This document shows, piece by piece, positions 19,822 through 29,731 of a stretch of 32,000 nt of DNA. The notes beneath the pieces were generated by a model. It worked only from the letters and a program-made list of their open reading frames with translations, did not search any database and was not told the DNA's origin. The position numbers were made by a program, and so were the translations under genes. Each line of letters opens with the position of its first letter. Within the stretch, counting starts at the first letter, position 1. The stretch is from a cyanobacterium endosymbiont of Braarudosphaera bigelowii (GTDB lineage Bacteria > Cyanobacteriota > Cyanobacteriia > Cyanobacteriales > Microcystaceae). The stretch covers positions 330,001 to 362,000 of the forward strand of contig NZ_AP024987.1 in NCBI RefSeq assembly GCF_020885515.1, given 5' to 3'.

Positions 19822-20973
19822 TTAAATGAAATTTTGCTTCAAGCCAGACAAAATAATGTTTTTGTCTATTTTACTTAGTCCTTTTCCTTGAATTAACACT
19901 TTAAAGCGACCTAATCCTCTAGGATCTATTAATTGATGAAGGCTGTCCCTTCTAGCTAAGACATCTGACAAGGAATATTTATTAGAAGATAAATCAGCTA
20001 AACGTTCACCTAATCCTAAACTAATCAAAAATAATTCTTGTTGAGTTAACCCAAGTATTTCTAATCCTAATAAATTACCCTGTACTTCCATAGCTGAAAA
20101 ATCTACATGAGCAGTTATGTCTTGATATCCAAGATTAACATAAGGGTTACAATGATATCGATGTTGGTAATAGCAACTTAAAGTACCTTGATATCGTTGA
20201 GGATGATAGTATTTGGAAGCGATGTAACCATAATCAATTGTGATTAAATATCCTTTTTTAATCTTATTTGATACAGTCTTTAACCAATCTAAAGCTTTTA
20301 AATTAACTTCTGTTCTGTAGTTTTCTGGATAATATTGAGTAGTTAAATCTATATTAATTAACTGGAAATAATCTAACAGTTTAGGAGTTGATAATTCTTG
20401 GATGACTTCTTGGATGTTATTGTCTTTGACACTAATATAAACTTCTTTTAGTTCATTATTTTGAACTATAACTTGATGTACTGGAAATGCATCTATTAAT
20501 TCATTACTAAAAATACATCCAATTACTGAGTTATTAGAAATATCTTCCCAAGAACTCCATGTTATTTTATTAATGTGTTTTAAATAATTTTTTTGTTCTT
20601 TAATTAATGCTTCAGATTCTTCAATAATAATATAGTCAAGATTCTGGTAGAATTTAGGATATTTTTTTTCCAAATATGTGAGTATATCAGAAGCTAAAAT
20701 AGCGTGGCCTGCACCCACTTCAATCAAAGTAAAATTGTTAGGATAGCCTAAGATATCAGCCATCTCTTTAAACTGTTCTGCCAATAACTCTCCGAAATCC
20801 TGGCCTAATGAAGATGATGTGAAGAAATCTCCTTTAGGTCCAATATTTACCTTTCCGGAACCATAGTATCCCTGGTGTGGATCATATAGAACTAGGTTCA
20901 TATAGTCGGAAAAAGTGATACGTTTATGAATAGTTGATTGGACCTTATCACTAATAGTTTCTAATATACTCAT
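19822..20973 (-). CDS. Class I SAM-dependent methyltransferase, DUF185 / MidA (NDUFAF7-like) family
   Basis: 383 aa with N-terminal FSDYMNLVLYDPHQGYYG, the SAM-binding stretch LIEVGAGHAILASDIL and FSNELIDAFPVH, all typical of the family. Confidence 0.75.
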   Translation of the reverse strand: MSILETISDKVQSTIHKRITFSDYMNLVLYDPHQGYYGSGKVNIGPKGDFFTSSSLGQDFGELLAEQFKEMADILGYPNNFTLIEVGAGHAILASDILTYLEKKYPKFYQNLDYIIIEESEALIKEQKNYLKHINKITWSSWEDISNNSVIGCIFSNELIDAFPVHQVIVQNNELKEVYISVKDNNIQEVIQELSTPKLLDYFQLINIDLTTQYYPENYRTEVNLKALDWLKTVSNKIKKGYLITIDYGYIASKYYHPQRYQGTLSCYYQHRYHCNPYVNLGYQDITAHVDFSAMEVQGNLLGLEILGLTQQELFLISLGLGERLADLSSNKYSLSDVLARRDSLHQLIDPRGLGRFKVLIQGKGLSKIDKNIILSGLKQNFI

Positions 20974-21285
20974 TATATTCTTAAAATTACGAAAAAATAT
21001 TATTCTTTATAGTTAATAGCATCATTAGGATCTTAGTATTAAATAGCTGTCTAAATACTTAAGTTAAAATATATCTTTTTGAGGTTTACCGAGTGAGACA
21101 ATATACTTAGTTATGTTGAAACTTTGTATACTTTAATTTTCAACATAAATGATAGTTAAAATATATAAAGAATAATTAATTAATTTTAGGAAAGAATGAA
21201 TAGTATGATGCAATTCAATAGATAAGAGTTATAATTTATTTATCTTCTTTTTACAAAATTCTAAACTTAAAGTAGAAAAATTATT

Positions 21286-21495
21286 ATGTTTATCAAAAAA
21301 TTACAACCTATTTTAAAAGAATTTATTCAACAACCTTTTGCTTTTACTGGTGGTTTTGCTTCTGGTATACTTAGGTTAAAGATAACAGATGATCCTTTAA
21401 AAAGTTGGCTACAAAAACAAGGATTAAGCTCTTATCAGCATTACGATGATCTCGATAAAAAAAATGCAGGACCTCAAAATATATCAATTGACTAG
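21286..21495 (+). CDS. Hypothetical small protein (69 aa)
   Basis: This ATG-initiated ORF stands alone in an intergenic gap. Its composition (FAFTGGFASGILRL, DDPLKSWL) looks protein-like rather than random AT-rich translation. I do not recognise a family. Confidence 0.5.
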   Translation: MFIKKLQPILKEFIQQPFAFTGGFASGILRLKITDDPLKSWLQKQGLSSYQHYDDLDKKNAGPQNISID

Positions 21496-21617
21496 TATTG
21501 ATATTGAGCTTTCTTTTTTATAATACACCATGTTAAAGTATGTACAAAGTTATATCCACTTTATATACTAAAATACAGTTCTTGCTACGTTGAAAGTATC
21601 ATTTATAGATTGTTTTA

Positions 21618-23045
21618 TCAATACTGTATCGCGGAAAATTTTGAAAAGTTAGTACAATGAAGCAAGAATCTTTTTGGAATTTTTATATAATTACCAAAAT
21701 GTAAATGCAAATAGGAGGCGTAAATATTATAATTGCACCATCCTTCGTCATAATTCTGGGCTTCCCCATACCAATTAGAAAGTTTAAGAGCAGGATAAGA
21801 AGGCCTGATTGTTAATCTAGAGCGATGAAACTCATGTCCCCAAAAAGTTTCACCATATTTCAATATAAATCCTGAACGGGAAGCAACTGCTTGTCTGTAT
21901 CCTAAAGCTAAACCATGTCCCATTGTTGCGACAGTTGGTAATATTCTTGCCATTGGCCAAGAATCTCCCTCTAAAGTAATAATGTTTTCACAGAGATACA
22001 TTAATCCTCCACACTCTGCATATATTGGCATACCATTAGAGGCAGCTAACCTTAAAGATTTTATAGATTTTCTATTATTGGATAGTAGTTGAGCAAACAT
22101 TTCTGGGAACCCCCCTCCTATATAAATTCCTGCAACATCTTTTGGTAAAATTTCATCTTTCACAGGACTCCAGTAAACTAATTCAGCTCCTAAACTCTTT
22201 AATAAATCCAAATTGTCAGCATAATAAAAATTAAATGCTTTATCATTCGCAACTGCTATTTTAAGATGGGAAGGCGAAGTAATAGGAAGCTCGCGACATA
22301 GCATATTAACTTTGAAACGCGAAGTTGTTATTTTTGATTTCTTAACTAAAAAATCCCAATTAAGACAATTTTGAGCTAGATAGGCTAGTTTATCAAAAAT
22401 TATTTCAAGATTAGTTAATTCATTAACAGGAATTAACCCTAAATGACGATCTGGGATTACTAAATCATCTTGATAATAAATACTTCCTAATATTAAAACA
22501 TCAATAGATTCTAAGGATGCTTTCAATAATGCTAAATGACGTTCACTTTTTACACGGTTGAGGATTACTCCTAAGATGTTTATATTAGAATTCAAAAAAC
22601 GGTAGCCATAGACAATTGCGGCTATTGATGCTGAAAGATGTCTACAATCAATAACAAGGACTATTGGTATATCTAGTAATAATGCAATATGAGCAGTACT
22701 GGAATAGTGCAGCGTAGATTTATTCTCTAGTTTTATATTACTATAATTAACTTGATTTAAAGGAATTCCATCAAATAAGCCCATAACTCCTTCTACTAAA
22801 CCATAATCAGCTTCTTGGCAATTCTTATCAAAACAATATTTAACATAATCTTCAGAAGTTATCAAAGGATCTAAGTTACGACAATATCTCCCAGTAATAT
22901 AAGTATGAAACATAGGATCTATATAGTCTGGGCCAACTTTGAAAGATTGAACTTTTGCTTTTTTTTGGCGCAAAAATGATAGTAAAGCAAGAGTTATTGT
23001 GGTTTTACCAGTTCCACTACGATCACCTGCAATTATTAAAGCCAC
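21618..23045 (-). CDS. cobB: Cobyrinate a,c-diamide synthase (CobB/CbiA)
   Basis: 475 aa with the N-terminal P-loop GDRSGTGKTTITLALL and a C-terminal glutamine amidotransferase region (IYIGGGFPE, AECGGLMYL, GHEFH). GTG start; the nearby upstream ATG is followed at once by TAG. Confidence 0.9.
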   Translation of the reverse strand: MALIIAGDRSGTGKTTITLALLSFLRQKKAKVQSFKVGPDYIDPMFHTYITGRYCRNLDPLITSEDYVKYCFDKNCQEADYGLVEGVMGLFDGIPLNQVNYSNIKLENKSTLHYSSTAHIALLLDIPIVLVIDCRHLSASIAAIVYGYRFLNSNINILGVILNRVKSERHLALLKASLESIDVLILGSIYYQDDLVIPDRHLGLIPVNELTNLEIIFDKLAYLAQNCLNWDFLVKKSKITTSRFKVNMLCRELPITSPSHLKIAVANDKAFNFYYADNLDLLKSLGAELVYWSPVKDEILPKDVAGIYIGGGFPEMFAQLLSNNRKSIKSLRLAASNGMPIYAECGGLMYLCENIITLEGDSWPMARILPTVATMGHGLALGYRQAVASRSGFILKYGETFWGHEFHRSRLTIRPSYPALKLSNWYGEAQNYDEGWCNYNIYASYLHLHFGNYIKIPKRFLLHCTNFSKFSAIQY

Positions 23046-23202
23046 TACATCTACCTATAATTCAAATAAAATTAACTTTTTTCTATTCCTCAATATCTTA
23101 TTTTTTGAATAATTTATAAGATAATGGAATTTATATTTCTGAGACTAATGAAAGTTATTCTATTATAATCTCTATCTATACATTGAGCTTTTAAGAAGTA
23201 TC

Positions 23203-23976
23203 TTATTGTTTTAAGCACTCGTAACAAAAACCGATAATATCAGATATCTGTTGTGTAGATTTAGGATAATTTATATTAGGACGTTGAATGATAATTAGAG
23301 AAATTCCAAGTGCTTTAGAAAGCCTTTTTTTAATATCCTCTCCACCTTGTTTTCCTGAAGCTTTTGTGACTACCATATCGATTTTCCATTGTTTACATAT
23401 AGCTTTTTCTAGTTCTAAATTTATAGGAGGACGTACACCAATAATATTTTCCTCTCTAAATCCTGCAGCCAAGGCTATTTTTAGAGAACTTAACCTAGGA
23501 AGGATTCGTGCAAACAACAAAGATTGTTGATGGCATGGATTAAACATGGGTAAAACTTTACAACCTACTGTAAGTAGAACTCTTTTCTTCGCTAAATATT
23601 CTTTTGTAATTAGAGTTTTAAAGCTATCCAAATAAATTACTTGTGAATCTAAAGGCAAGGAAGGTCTCTCATAACGCATGTACGGTATTGCATAAGATTG
23701 AGCAATATTAATCGCATATCGTGAAATGTTTTCAGCAAATGGATGTGATGCATCGATAATTCCTTTTACTTTTTCTTTACGACAAAAGTTCTGAATATCT
23801 TTTATACTTAGTTTACCTATACTTATACTAACATTTGGATCATCTTTGTAAAGATGAATAGCTTGTAAAGTAGTGACTGTAACTAAATAAGGAAAAAAGT
23901 TTTCAGCAATTACTTTTGCTATTTTGGCACTATCTCCTGTTCCTCCAATTAACCAAAGTTTTCCATTGTTTTTCAT
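23203..23976 (-). CDS. cobK: Precorrin-6A / cobalt-precorrin-6A reductase (CobK/CbiJ)
   Basis: 257 aa with N-terminal LWLIGGTGDSAKIA, DASHPFAENIS and C-terminal VVTKASG..GGEDIK, matching the CbiJ/CobK pattern. Confidence 0.8.
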   Translation of the reverse strand: MKNNGKLWLIGGTGDSAKIAKVIAENFFPYLVTVTTLQAIHLYKDDPNVSISIGKLSIKDIQNFCRKEKVKGIIDASHPFAENISRYAINIAQSYAIPYMRYERPSLPLDSQVIYLDSFKTLITKEYLAKKRVLLTVGCKVLPMFNPCHQQSLLFARILPRLSSLKIALAAGFREENIIGVRPPINLELEKAICKQWKIDMVVTKASGKQGGEDIKKRLSKALGISLIIIQRPNINYPKSTQQISDIIGFCYECLKQ

Positions 23977-24117
23977 AGATCAAGTGAAGAATATCATACT
24001 CTCAAAGCAATTAATGTTATTGTAAGAGTAAGGTTGCTAATTAGTAAATATATCTAAAATAGATATAACAAAGGTATTAATACTAGTACATTTATTCAGA
24101 AAGTGTTAAGGGTAAAT

Positions 24118-24176
24118 CTATAAGAGAAATACTGAGTAAGCAATATCAATTACAGTAAGTTTCTCTTATAGTTTTT
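24118..24176 (+). terminator. Terminator-like hairpin plus T5 with no annotated gene upstream on its strand
   Basis: Perfect 12-bp stem CTATAAGAGAAA / TTTCTCTTATAG, extendable by TACTG/CAGTA across a 2-nt bulge, followed directly by TTTTT (24172-24176). It lies in the spacer between the cobK start and the next + strand gene. Confidence 0.45.
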
Positions 24177-24613
24177 GACTATTATCTCTGTTCTATATCA
24201 GAGTTAGTACTTTAAATGTAATTGCGATACCATAAACGTATTCAAGTATTCTTTCAAGATTGTTGAAAATAGAAAAGCAGAGAGGTGTAAACGAGATTTA
24301 AGACTATTTGTAATAATTGTTGTAATAGAATAATTATTTAGATTAATAAAATAGCTGATCAAATATTAAAAATCTAAAATTTGCTTATATTTTTATTGGC
24401 AAAGAAATAGTATCATCAAACGATGTGGCTGAGATAACTACAATATTTAAAATTATTCAAAAAAATATTATTCAAGCAACTATAAATTTGTATAAAGTTA
24501 TAAAAGATTTAAGATTATTTAAGTTTTAATTTTTTGTGAGCAAATTTTAAAAAGAGCCGTTATGATTACAAGCATAAAATGTTAAGTTGTTCAAAATCAC
24601 AGTAAATCTATCA

Positions 24614-25015
24614 ATGATTAATCTCTTTAAATTTTTCCTTACTTTCAATGTTATTTTGTATTTATCAGGCATTTCTTCTGTTTATGCTCAATCTATCAGG
24701 GAATACAAGAAAATAAATTTAAAACAGTTCAAAGAGTGTATGAAACCTCCCAAGTCCAATGGTTCTGAGCAAGGATGGGCAGATTATTATGGAGAAAATA
24801 ATGGAAAGATAGAATTAAAAGTAAAAAATCAACCGATGATTTCTGATGGTACTGTTGCTGCTACATTAAACTACAAATTTGAACCATTAAAGGAAATCTT
24901 AACTTTAGAGATATTAGAAAAAACTAAATTTATGTTCGGTATGGTTGAGGCTTCAGATAAGCAAATTTGGGAAGGTTTTGATGGCTTAGTAGAGGAATGT
25001 CAAAAACACAATTAA
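24614..25015 (+). CDS. Hypothetical secreted protein (133 aa from the ATG at 24614)
   Basis: The track begins at TTG 24587. From the ATG at 24614 the product starts with a classical signal peptide MINLFKFFLTFNVILYLSGISSVYA|QS. The mature part is hydrophilic with two Cys. I do not recognise a family. Confidence 0.55.
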   Translation: MINLFKFFLTFNVILYLSGISSVYAQSIREYKKINLKQFKECMKPPKSNGSEQGWADYYGENNGKIELKVKNQPMISDGTVAATLNYKFEPLKEILTLEILEKTKFMFGMVEASDKQIWEGFDGLVEECQKHN

Positions 25016-25047
25016 AAAAATTTAAGCATACTACTGTTCATAATACT

Positions 25048-25947
25048 TTATATTTTTTTTACTTTACAGATTCTATAGGCGCACCACTGTTCTTTTTGGG
25101 AATAATTGGTTACCGTCCATCCATATTTTTCTAAAATATTGATAACGTTTTCTGATTGATCTAATAAAATTCCACTCAGAATCATCCATGTATTAGGTTT
25201 TGCTAACTTAGAAAGTTTTGGAAATTTATGAATCATTGTCTCAGCTAAAATATTGCAAATAATTCCGTCAAATTTATTAGGCATTGATTTTGATAGTTGA
25301 TCAATACTCTGTTGATAAATTGTCAAAACATTTGGGTTAATTTTATTAAGACATTGATTATTCAATGCTACATCAACTGCTAAATAATCAACATCAATAG
25401 CATGTACTTTGTTTGCCCCTAATAAAGCAGCAGCGATCGCAAGAATGCCTGAACCTGTCCCAATATCTAAAATAGAGATATTTTTTAACTGATTAACCAA
25501 GCACATTTCTAAAAAATTTAAAGATAATTGTGTAGTAGGATGGGTCCCTGTCCCAAAAACTGTTCCTGGATCAAGCCGTAAAACTATTTTTTTTGTATTT
25601 TTGGAGATAGTTAGCCAAGCAGGATAAACAAGAAAATGTTGACCTATCTCTGTAGGTTGCCAATATTTTTTCCATCTATTGTTCCAATCTTCATCATTAA
25701 TTAATTTCCAGGAAGCAAGTGGTTTAGGCAGACATAAATTTAATGCGTCTTGATGAAACCAAAAGAATAAAGTAGAAATTTCTAAAGATTGATATTTTAA
25801 TTTAGGAATATAGGTTTGAATAGTATAAAATTTTCCTCTAACCTCTCTTGAGGTACCTAGGCATCCAAACTGATCTAGACGCCAACATATTAAATCTTCT
25901 AAATTAGGATGACATAAAATTGTAATTTCCCACCAACTAGTTGACAT
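25048..25947 (-). CDS. prmA: Ribosomal protein L11 methyltransferase
   Basis: 299 aa with N-terminal WWEI, LDPGTVFGTGTHPTT and the SAM motif ILDIGTGSGILAIAAALLGA. Confidence 0.9.
   Translation of the reverse strand: MSTSWWEITILCHPNLEDLICWRLDQFGCLGTSREVRGKFYTIQTYIPKLKYQSLEISTLFFWFHQDALNLCLPKPLASWKLINDEDWNNRWKKYWQPTEIGQHFLVYPAWLTISKNTKKIVLRLDPGTVFGTGTHPTTQLSLNFLEMCLVNQLKNISILDIGTGSGILAIAAALLGANKVHAIDVDYLAVDVALNNQCLNKINPNVLTIYQQSIDQLSKSMPNKFDGIICNILAETMIHKFPKLSKLAKPNTWMILSGILLDQSENVINILEKYGWTVTNYSQKEQWCAYRICKVKKI
25433..25440. repeat. HIP1 octamer GCGATCGC (the only full copy I noticed)
   Basis: Read directly inside prmA, where it encodes the AIA of LAIAAA. HIP1 is a cyanobacterial hallmark palindrome, and here it is rare. 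Confidence 0.6.
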
Positions 25948-26023
25948 AAAATTAAAATAGCTATGATCATTGATAAAAAATCCAGCAAATATTTTTACTA
26001 AATTTATAAAATTAAAACAGTAC

Positions 26024-27601
26024 TCAAAGTTTAACTGTGTAAGCGTCTCGAATACCCTTAACTTTCATGATCTCTAATAATAAACCGTCAGGCAAAGGAT
26101 CGTCTAGGCTAATAGCCATAACTGCATCTCCTCGTACAATTCTACGTCCTACCTGCATACTAGCTATGTTAACGTTAAAATCGCCTAATAATGAGCCAAT
26201 TTTTCCAATTATTCCTGGCATATCACGATGAACAGTGAATAACATATAATTACTAGGAAGTACATTAATAGGGAAGAAATCCATATCAGTAATACGAATT
26301 TCTCCATCACTTAACAATGTTCCTGTCACTGAATGTTCTCCTAAAGAGCCCTGAACAGAAAGATGTAAAGAAGCAGCATAATCACATATTGAAGCATCAC
26401 GAGTTTCTATAACACGAATTCCTCTTTCTTTAGCTTCAATAGCAGCATTAACATAATTTACACGCTCCCTTAGAGCGTGAGAAAGAAGCCCTTTGATTGA
26501 TGCAACCACTATAGGTTGACTTTGCATAGTCGCTAACTCTCCCTGTAAACGGACCGTTAACCTTTCAATGCGTCCTCCTCCCAACTGTCCAGCTAAGTTG
26601 CCTAGTGTCTCAGCTAACTGTAGATAGGGACGCATTTTTTCTATTAGATCAGGAGCGAATCCTGGAATATTAATTGCAGATCTAGCTGGTAAACCAAGCA
26701 AAACATCACGAATTTGTTCAGCAACGTCAACTGCAACATTAATTTGAGCTTCAGCTGTAGATGCACCTAAGTGGGGAGTTAAAATAATATTATCTAAACT
26801 TGTAAGCTTAGAATTATCTAGTGGTTCTTTCTCAAATACGTCTAAGGCTGCTCCAGCAACTTTTCTTGTAATAATCGCTTCAGCTAAAGCATCTTCATCA
26901 ATTATTCCTCCTCTTGAACAATTGACAATACGAACTGTAGATTTCATCTTAGATAAAGCTTTTTTATTAATAATATGTGCTGTCTCAGGGGTTTTTGGAA
27001 TGTGTAAAGTAATATAATCAGATTCTGCAAAAAGCATATCAAGTTCAACTAAAACACATCCTAATTGTTCGGCTCTTTCATTAGAAATAAAAGGATCATA
27101 AGCTAGTAATTTCATACCCATGGATTTAGCAATATTTGCCACATGTGAACCAATTTTCCCAAGTCCAATAATTCCTAAAGTTTTTTTATATACTTCTGCA
27201 CCAACAAAAGATTTACGGTTCCATTTATTATCCTTTATAGACTGATTTGCTTGAGGAATATGTCGTGACAGGGACAACATCATTGCTAAAGTATGCTCTG
27301 CTGCTGCGATAGTGTTACCTTCTGGAGAATTTACTACTAAAACACCCTGCCGAGTGGCAGAAGCAATATCAATGTTATCTACTCCAACACCTGCTCTCCC
27401 AATTATCTTTAGTTGATTGCCTGCAGTAATAACTTCTTTTGTTACATAGGTACTTGAGCGTACCATTAAAGCACTATATTCAGGAATAATTTTAATTAAT
27501 TCATCTAATGTTAATCCTATTTTTATATCTACTTGGGCTACTTGGGAGAGAATATCGATACCGGTTTGATCAATAAGATCTGAAACAAGAACTTTTGCCA
27601 T
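26024..27601 (-). CDS. serA: D-3-phosphoglycerate dehydrogenase (long form with ASB and ACT domains)
   Basis: 525 aa with the NAD-binding motif GIIGLGKIGSHVA, catalytic-region strings RGGIIDE and TPHLGAST, and a C-terminal ACT domain (MLFTVHRDMPGIIGKIGSLLGDFNVNIASMQVGR). Confidence 0.95.
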   Translation of the reverse strand: MAKVLVSDLIDQTGIDILSQVAQVDIKIGLTLDELIKIIPEYSALMVRSSTYVTKEVITAGNQLKIIGRAGVGVDNIDIASATRQGVLVVNSPEGNTIAAAEHTLAMMLSLSRHIPQANQSIKDNKWNRKSFVGAEVYKKTLGIIGLGKIGSHVANIAKSMGMKLLAYDPFISNERAEQLGCVLVELDMLFAESDYITLHIPKTPETAHIINKKALSKMKSTVRIVNCSRGGIIDEDALAEAIITRKVAGAALDVFEKEPLDNSKLTSLDNIILTPHLGASTAEAQINVAVDVAEQIRDVLLGLPARSAINIPGFAPDLIEKMRPYLQLAETLGNLAGQLGGGRIERLTVRLQGELATMQSQPIVVASIKGLLSHALRERVNYVNAAIEAKERGIRVIETRDASICDYAASLHLSVQGSLGEHSVTGTLLSDGEIRITDMDFFPINVLPSNYMLFTVHRDMPGIIGKIGSLLGDFNVNIASMQVGRRIVRGDAVMAISLDDPLPDGLLLEIMKVKGIRDAYTVKL

Positions 27602-28151
27602 AGAGGTTCCTCTTCTTAGAGCTAATAGTTTATTTGCTCAATTTCATGATTTTAGTCAATTATTGTAACTGCTAATAGAGTATTTGTTGGCTAATTAATT
27701 AGGGTTTTCATTATTTTATTCAAAGCTTTTATTCTTAAATTAATCAAAGAAAAATTATAGAAGACTTAAATTTTTAAAATATTTTGACTAAATATCCATT
27801 TATTTTAATAAAGTTGTATAAGATAAGGTTTGTAGAACTCAATTATCAAAATTTTAGAGATTTCTACCAACTTTTTAGAATTAATCTCAATATATCTTAG
27901 TAGCATAACTACTATGATATTACAAAAAACTATATAGTATATAAAATACATAAAAAGTTTTAAAAATTTTAATAGTAAATATTCTGATTAAAAAATTAAT
28001 ATGCGTGATAGTATTTTATTCATTAATACTTACTTTAAAAATATATAATTACCTGATAAGTATGAGTAAAGTAATTTACCAAAAAGCTACTATTGTAAAT
28101 GACAAATCTTTTTTTGATCATTAATGTAAATATAGAGGTTAAATAAAGACT

Positions 28152-28820
28152 ATGAACATCCCAGATATTATGGCAAAGGGTGGAATTGCCATGTGGCCTT
28201 TACTTTTTTTATCAATATTGGCCTTAAGTACAATTATTGAACGTTCATTTTTTTGGATCAGATTCTTGTCTAAAGAAAAGCAAATTATTAAGATTATTCT
28301 TAAAACTGCTTCTTATGATTGGGATGCTGTTTCAAAAATTGCTCAAAACTATAGCAAGTATCCTATTGGTAATTTTCTTTATATTTCTTTAAAGTTGGAC
28401 AATCCAGATCCTGAAGTTTTTCATTTAGCTATGGAATCGTCAGCAGATGATGAACTAACATTAATGAGACAGGGCGATAAAGTTTTAGAAGGAATTATAG
28501 CTTTATCTCCTTTACTAGGACTTTTAGGAACTGTTTTAGGATTAATTAGTTCTTTAGGGAACATACAAATTAGTGACCTGGGGACTTCTTCTGCAAGAGG
28601 TGTAACTCTTGGAATTGGTGAAGCATTAATTTCGACTGCTACTGGATTAATTATTGCCATTACTAGCCTAACTTTTTATCGAATTTTTCAATCGCTTTGG
28701 TTTAATCAAGTTCGAGTTTTCAGAAAAATAGGTAGTGAATTGGAATTAATTTATCAGCAACATTGGCTCAAAATTAATTCTAGTAATTCTAAAAACTTAC
28801 ATGAGACTTGCAACGAATAA
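28152..28820 (+). CDS. exbB: MotA/TolQ/ExbB proton-channel family protein
   Basis: 222 aa with three TM segments and the conserved C-terminal half [15 protein letters not shown] ... [17 protein letters not shown]. Confidence 0.8.
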   Translation: MNIPDIMAKGGIAMWPLLFLSILALSTIIERSFFWIRFLSKEKQIIKIILKTASYDWDAVSKIAQNYSKYPIGNFLYISLKLDNPDPEVFHLAMESSADDELTLMRQGDKVLEGIIALSPLLGLLGTVLGLISSLGNIQISDLGTSSARGVTLGIGEALISTATGLIIAITSLTFYRIFQSLWFNQVRVFRKIGSELELIYQQHWLKINSSNSKNLHETCNE

Positions 28821-28853
28821 TTAATTTGTGTACTTATTTTTCAATAGAAATCT

Positions 28854-29378
28854 ATGTCAAACAACAAAAACTCCCGAACTAAAAAATATAATAGTCTAAT
28901 TAGCTCTCATTCATTAAAATCCAAACTATTTTCTTCTCAGGAACAAGAAGTTCGGATCGATATGTTACCAATGATAGATGTGATTTTTTGTATTTTAACT
29001 TTTTTTATTTTAGGTATAGTTGGACTTTCTCGACAGCAGTCCATCAATCTAGATTTACCTCAAGCTAGTTCAGCTAAACCTCAAATACAAAAAACAATGA
29101 TAGTTAGCTTGAATAATTCCAATCAACTGTATGTCGACGAAAGGTTAATTACACATAATCAACTATTTGATTCTATTAAAACTTATCGGGAATTTAATCC
29201 TAAAGGATTAGTAGTTCTTCGGGCATCTAAACAATCAAGTTATAATGAAGTTGTACAAGTTTTAGATATTTTAAAAGAAGTAGGAGAAGAGAATGTCGCT
29301 TTAGCTACTTCTTTCAAAGAAAAAGAAATATTGATGAATAAAGATGAATCTTTGCTGAATTCTAATTTTTCCAAATAA
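28854..29378 (+). CDS. exbD: ExbD/TolR biopolymer transport protein
   Basis: 174 aa, 33 nt downstream of exbB. It has the RIDMLPMIDVIFCILTFFIL anchor motif and a periplasmic domain (LVVLRASKQSSYNEVVQVLDILKEVG). Confidence 0.8.
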   Translation: MSNNKNSRTKKYNSLISSHSLKSKLFSSQEQEVRIDMLPMIDVIFCILTFFILGIVGLSRQQSINLDLPQASSAKPQIQKTMIVSLNNSNQLYVDERLITHNQLFDSIKTYREFNPKGLVVLRASKQSSYNEVVQVLDILKEVGEENVALATSFKEKEILMNKDESLLNSNFSK

Positions 29379-29731
29379 AGAAAAAATATGTAAGAGAAAG
29401 CCTTTTAATTCTTTTTTTATTAGGCGTTCGATTTAATTGTTTAATACTTTATAAGTAAATCATGTCTAAGGCTTTTAGTCATGTGAGAGAATATTAAATG
29501 AAAATTAAACCCTATTTAGTAAAGCTTTAATTATTCACTATAATTGTGGTTAGAAAAATTTAATAAGATTAATACAACTTTTAAGTCGAAATTTTTGATA
29601 ATATTTTATCTATAGTAACCTCTACTACTACACATTATTTGATAGATAAAACCTAGAATTATTCACGCTCAATAATTTTAGACTTTTGATCAAATTAAGA
29701 ATGTAGTTTTTTTTCTGAATAAAAAACTTTT

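Noticed and set aside
21111-21148. 11-bp inverted repeat TTATGTTGAAA / TTTCAACATAA (16-nt loop) in the spacer between the methyltransferase and the 69-aa ORF
   Set aside because: It is an AT-rich dyad lying upstream of both divergent genes, so it is not in terminator position, and it matches no known operator. I could not distinguish it from chance.
23977-24613. Looked for a cobalamin riboswitch upstream of cobK (and of cobB at 23046-23202)
   Set aside because: Neither strand shows a B12-box-like GC-rich core (approx. AGYCMGGAGACCKGCC) or a GGGAA/GCCACTG-type conserved segment. The spacer is almost pure A/T. A covariance-model search (Rfam RF00174) would be the decisive check.
28115-28126. 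Fur-box-like string TGATCATTAATG upstream of exbB
   Set aside because: It is only a partial resemblance to the 19-bp GATAATGATAATCATTATC consensus. In an A/T-only spacer such matches are expected by chance.
7082-28660. Other short track ORFs: 7082..7300+, 11188..11478+, 12185..12382+, 12674..12862+, 15785..16000-, 19221..19406-, 23288..23530+, 28421..28660-
   Set aside because: Each is wholly or almost wholly antisense to a confidently identified gene (GT39, S2P, murQ, HlyD-type, dapB, cobK, exbB) and has no recognisable domain. Long antisense ORFs are expected by chance opposite real coding frames.
29604-29651. 10-bp inverted repeat TTTTATCTAT / ATAGATAAAA (28-nt loop) about 80 nt upstream of the PotD-like gene
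   Set aside because: It has a large loop, an all-A/T stem apart from one C:G pair, and no T-run. This is weak and probably chance.
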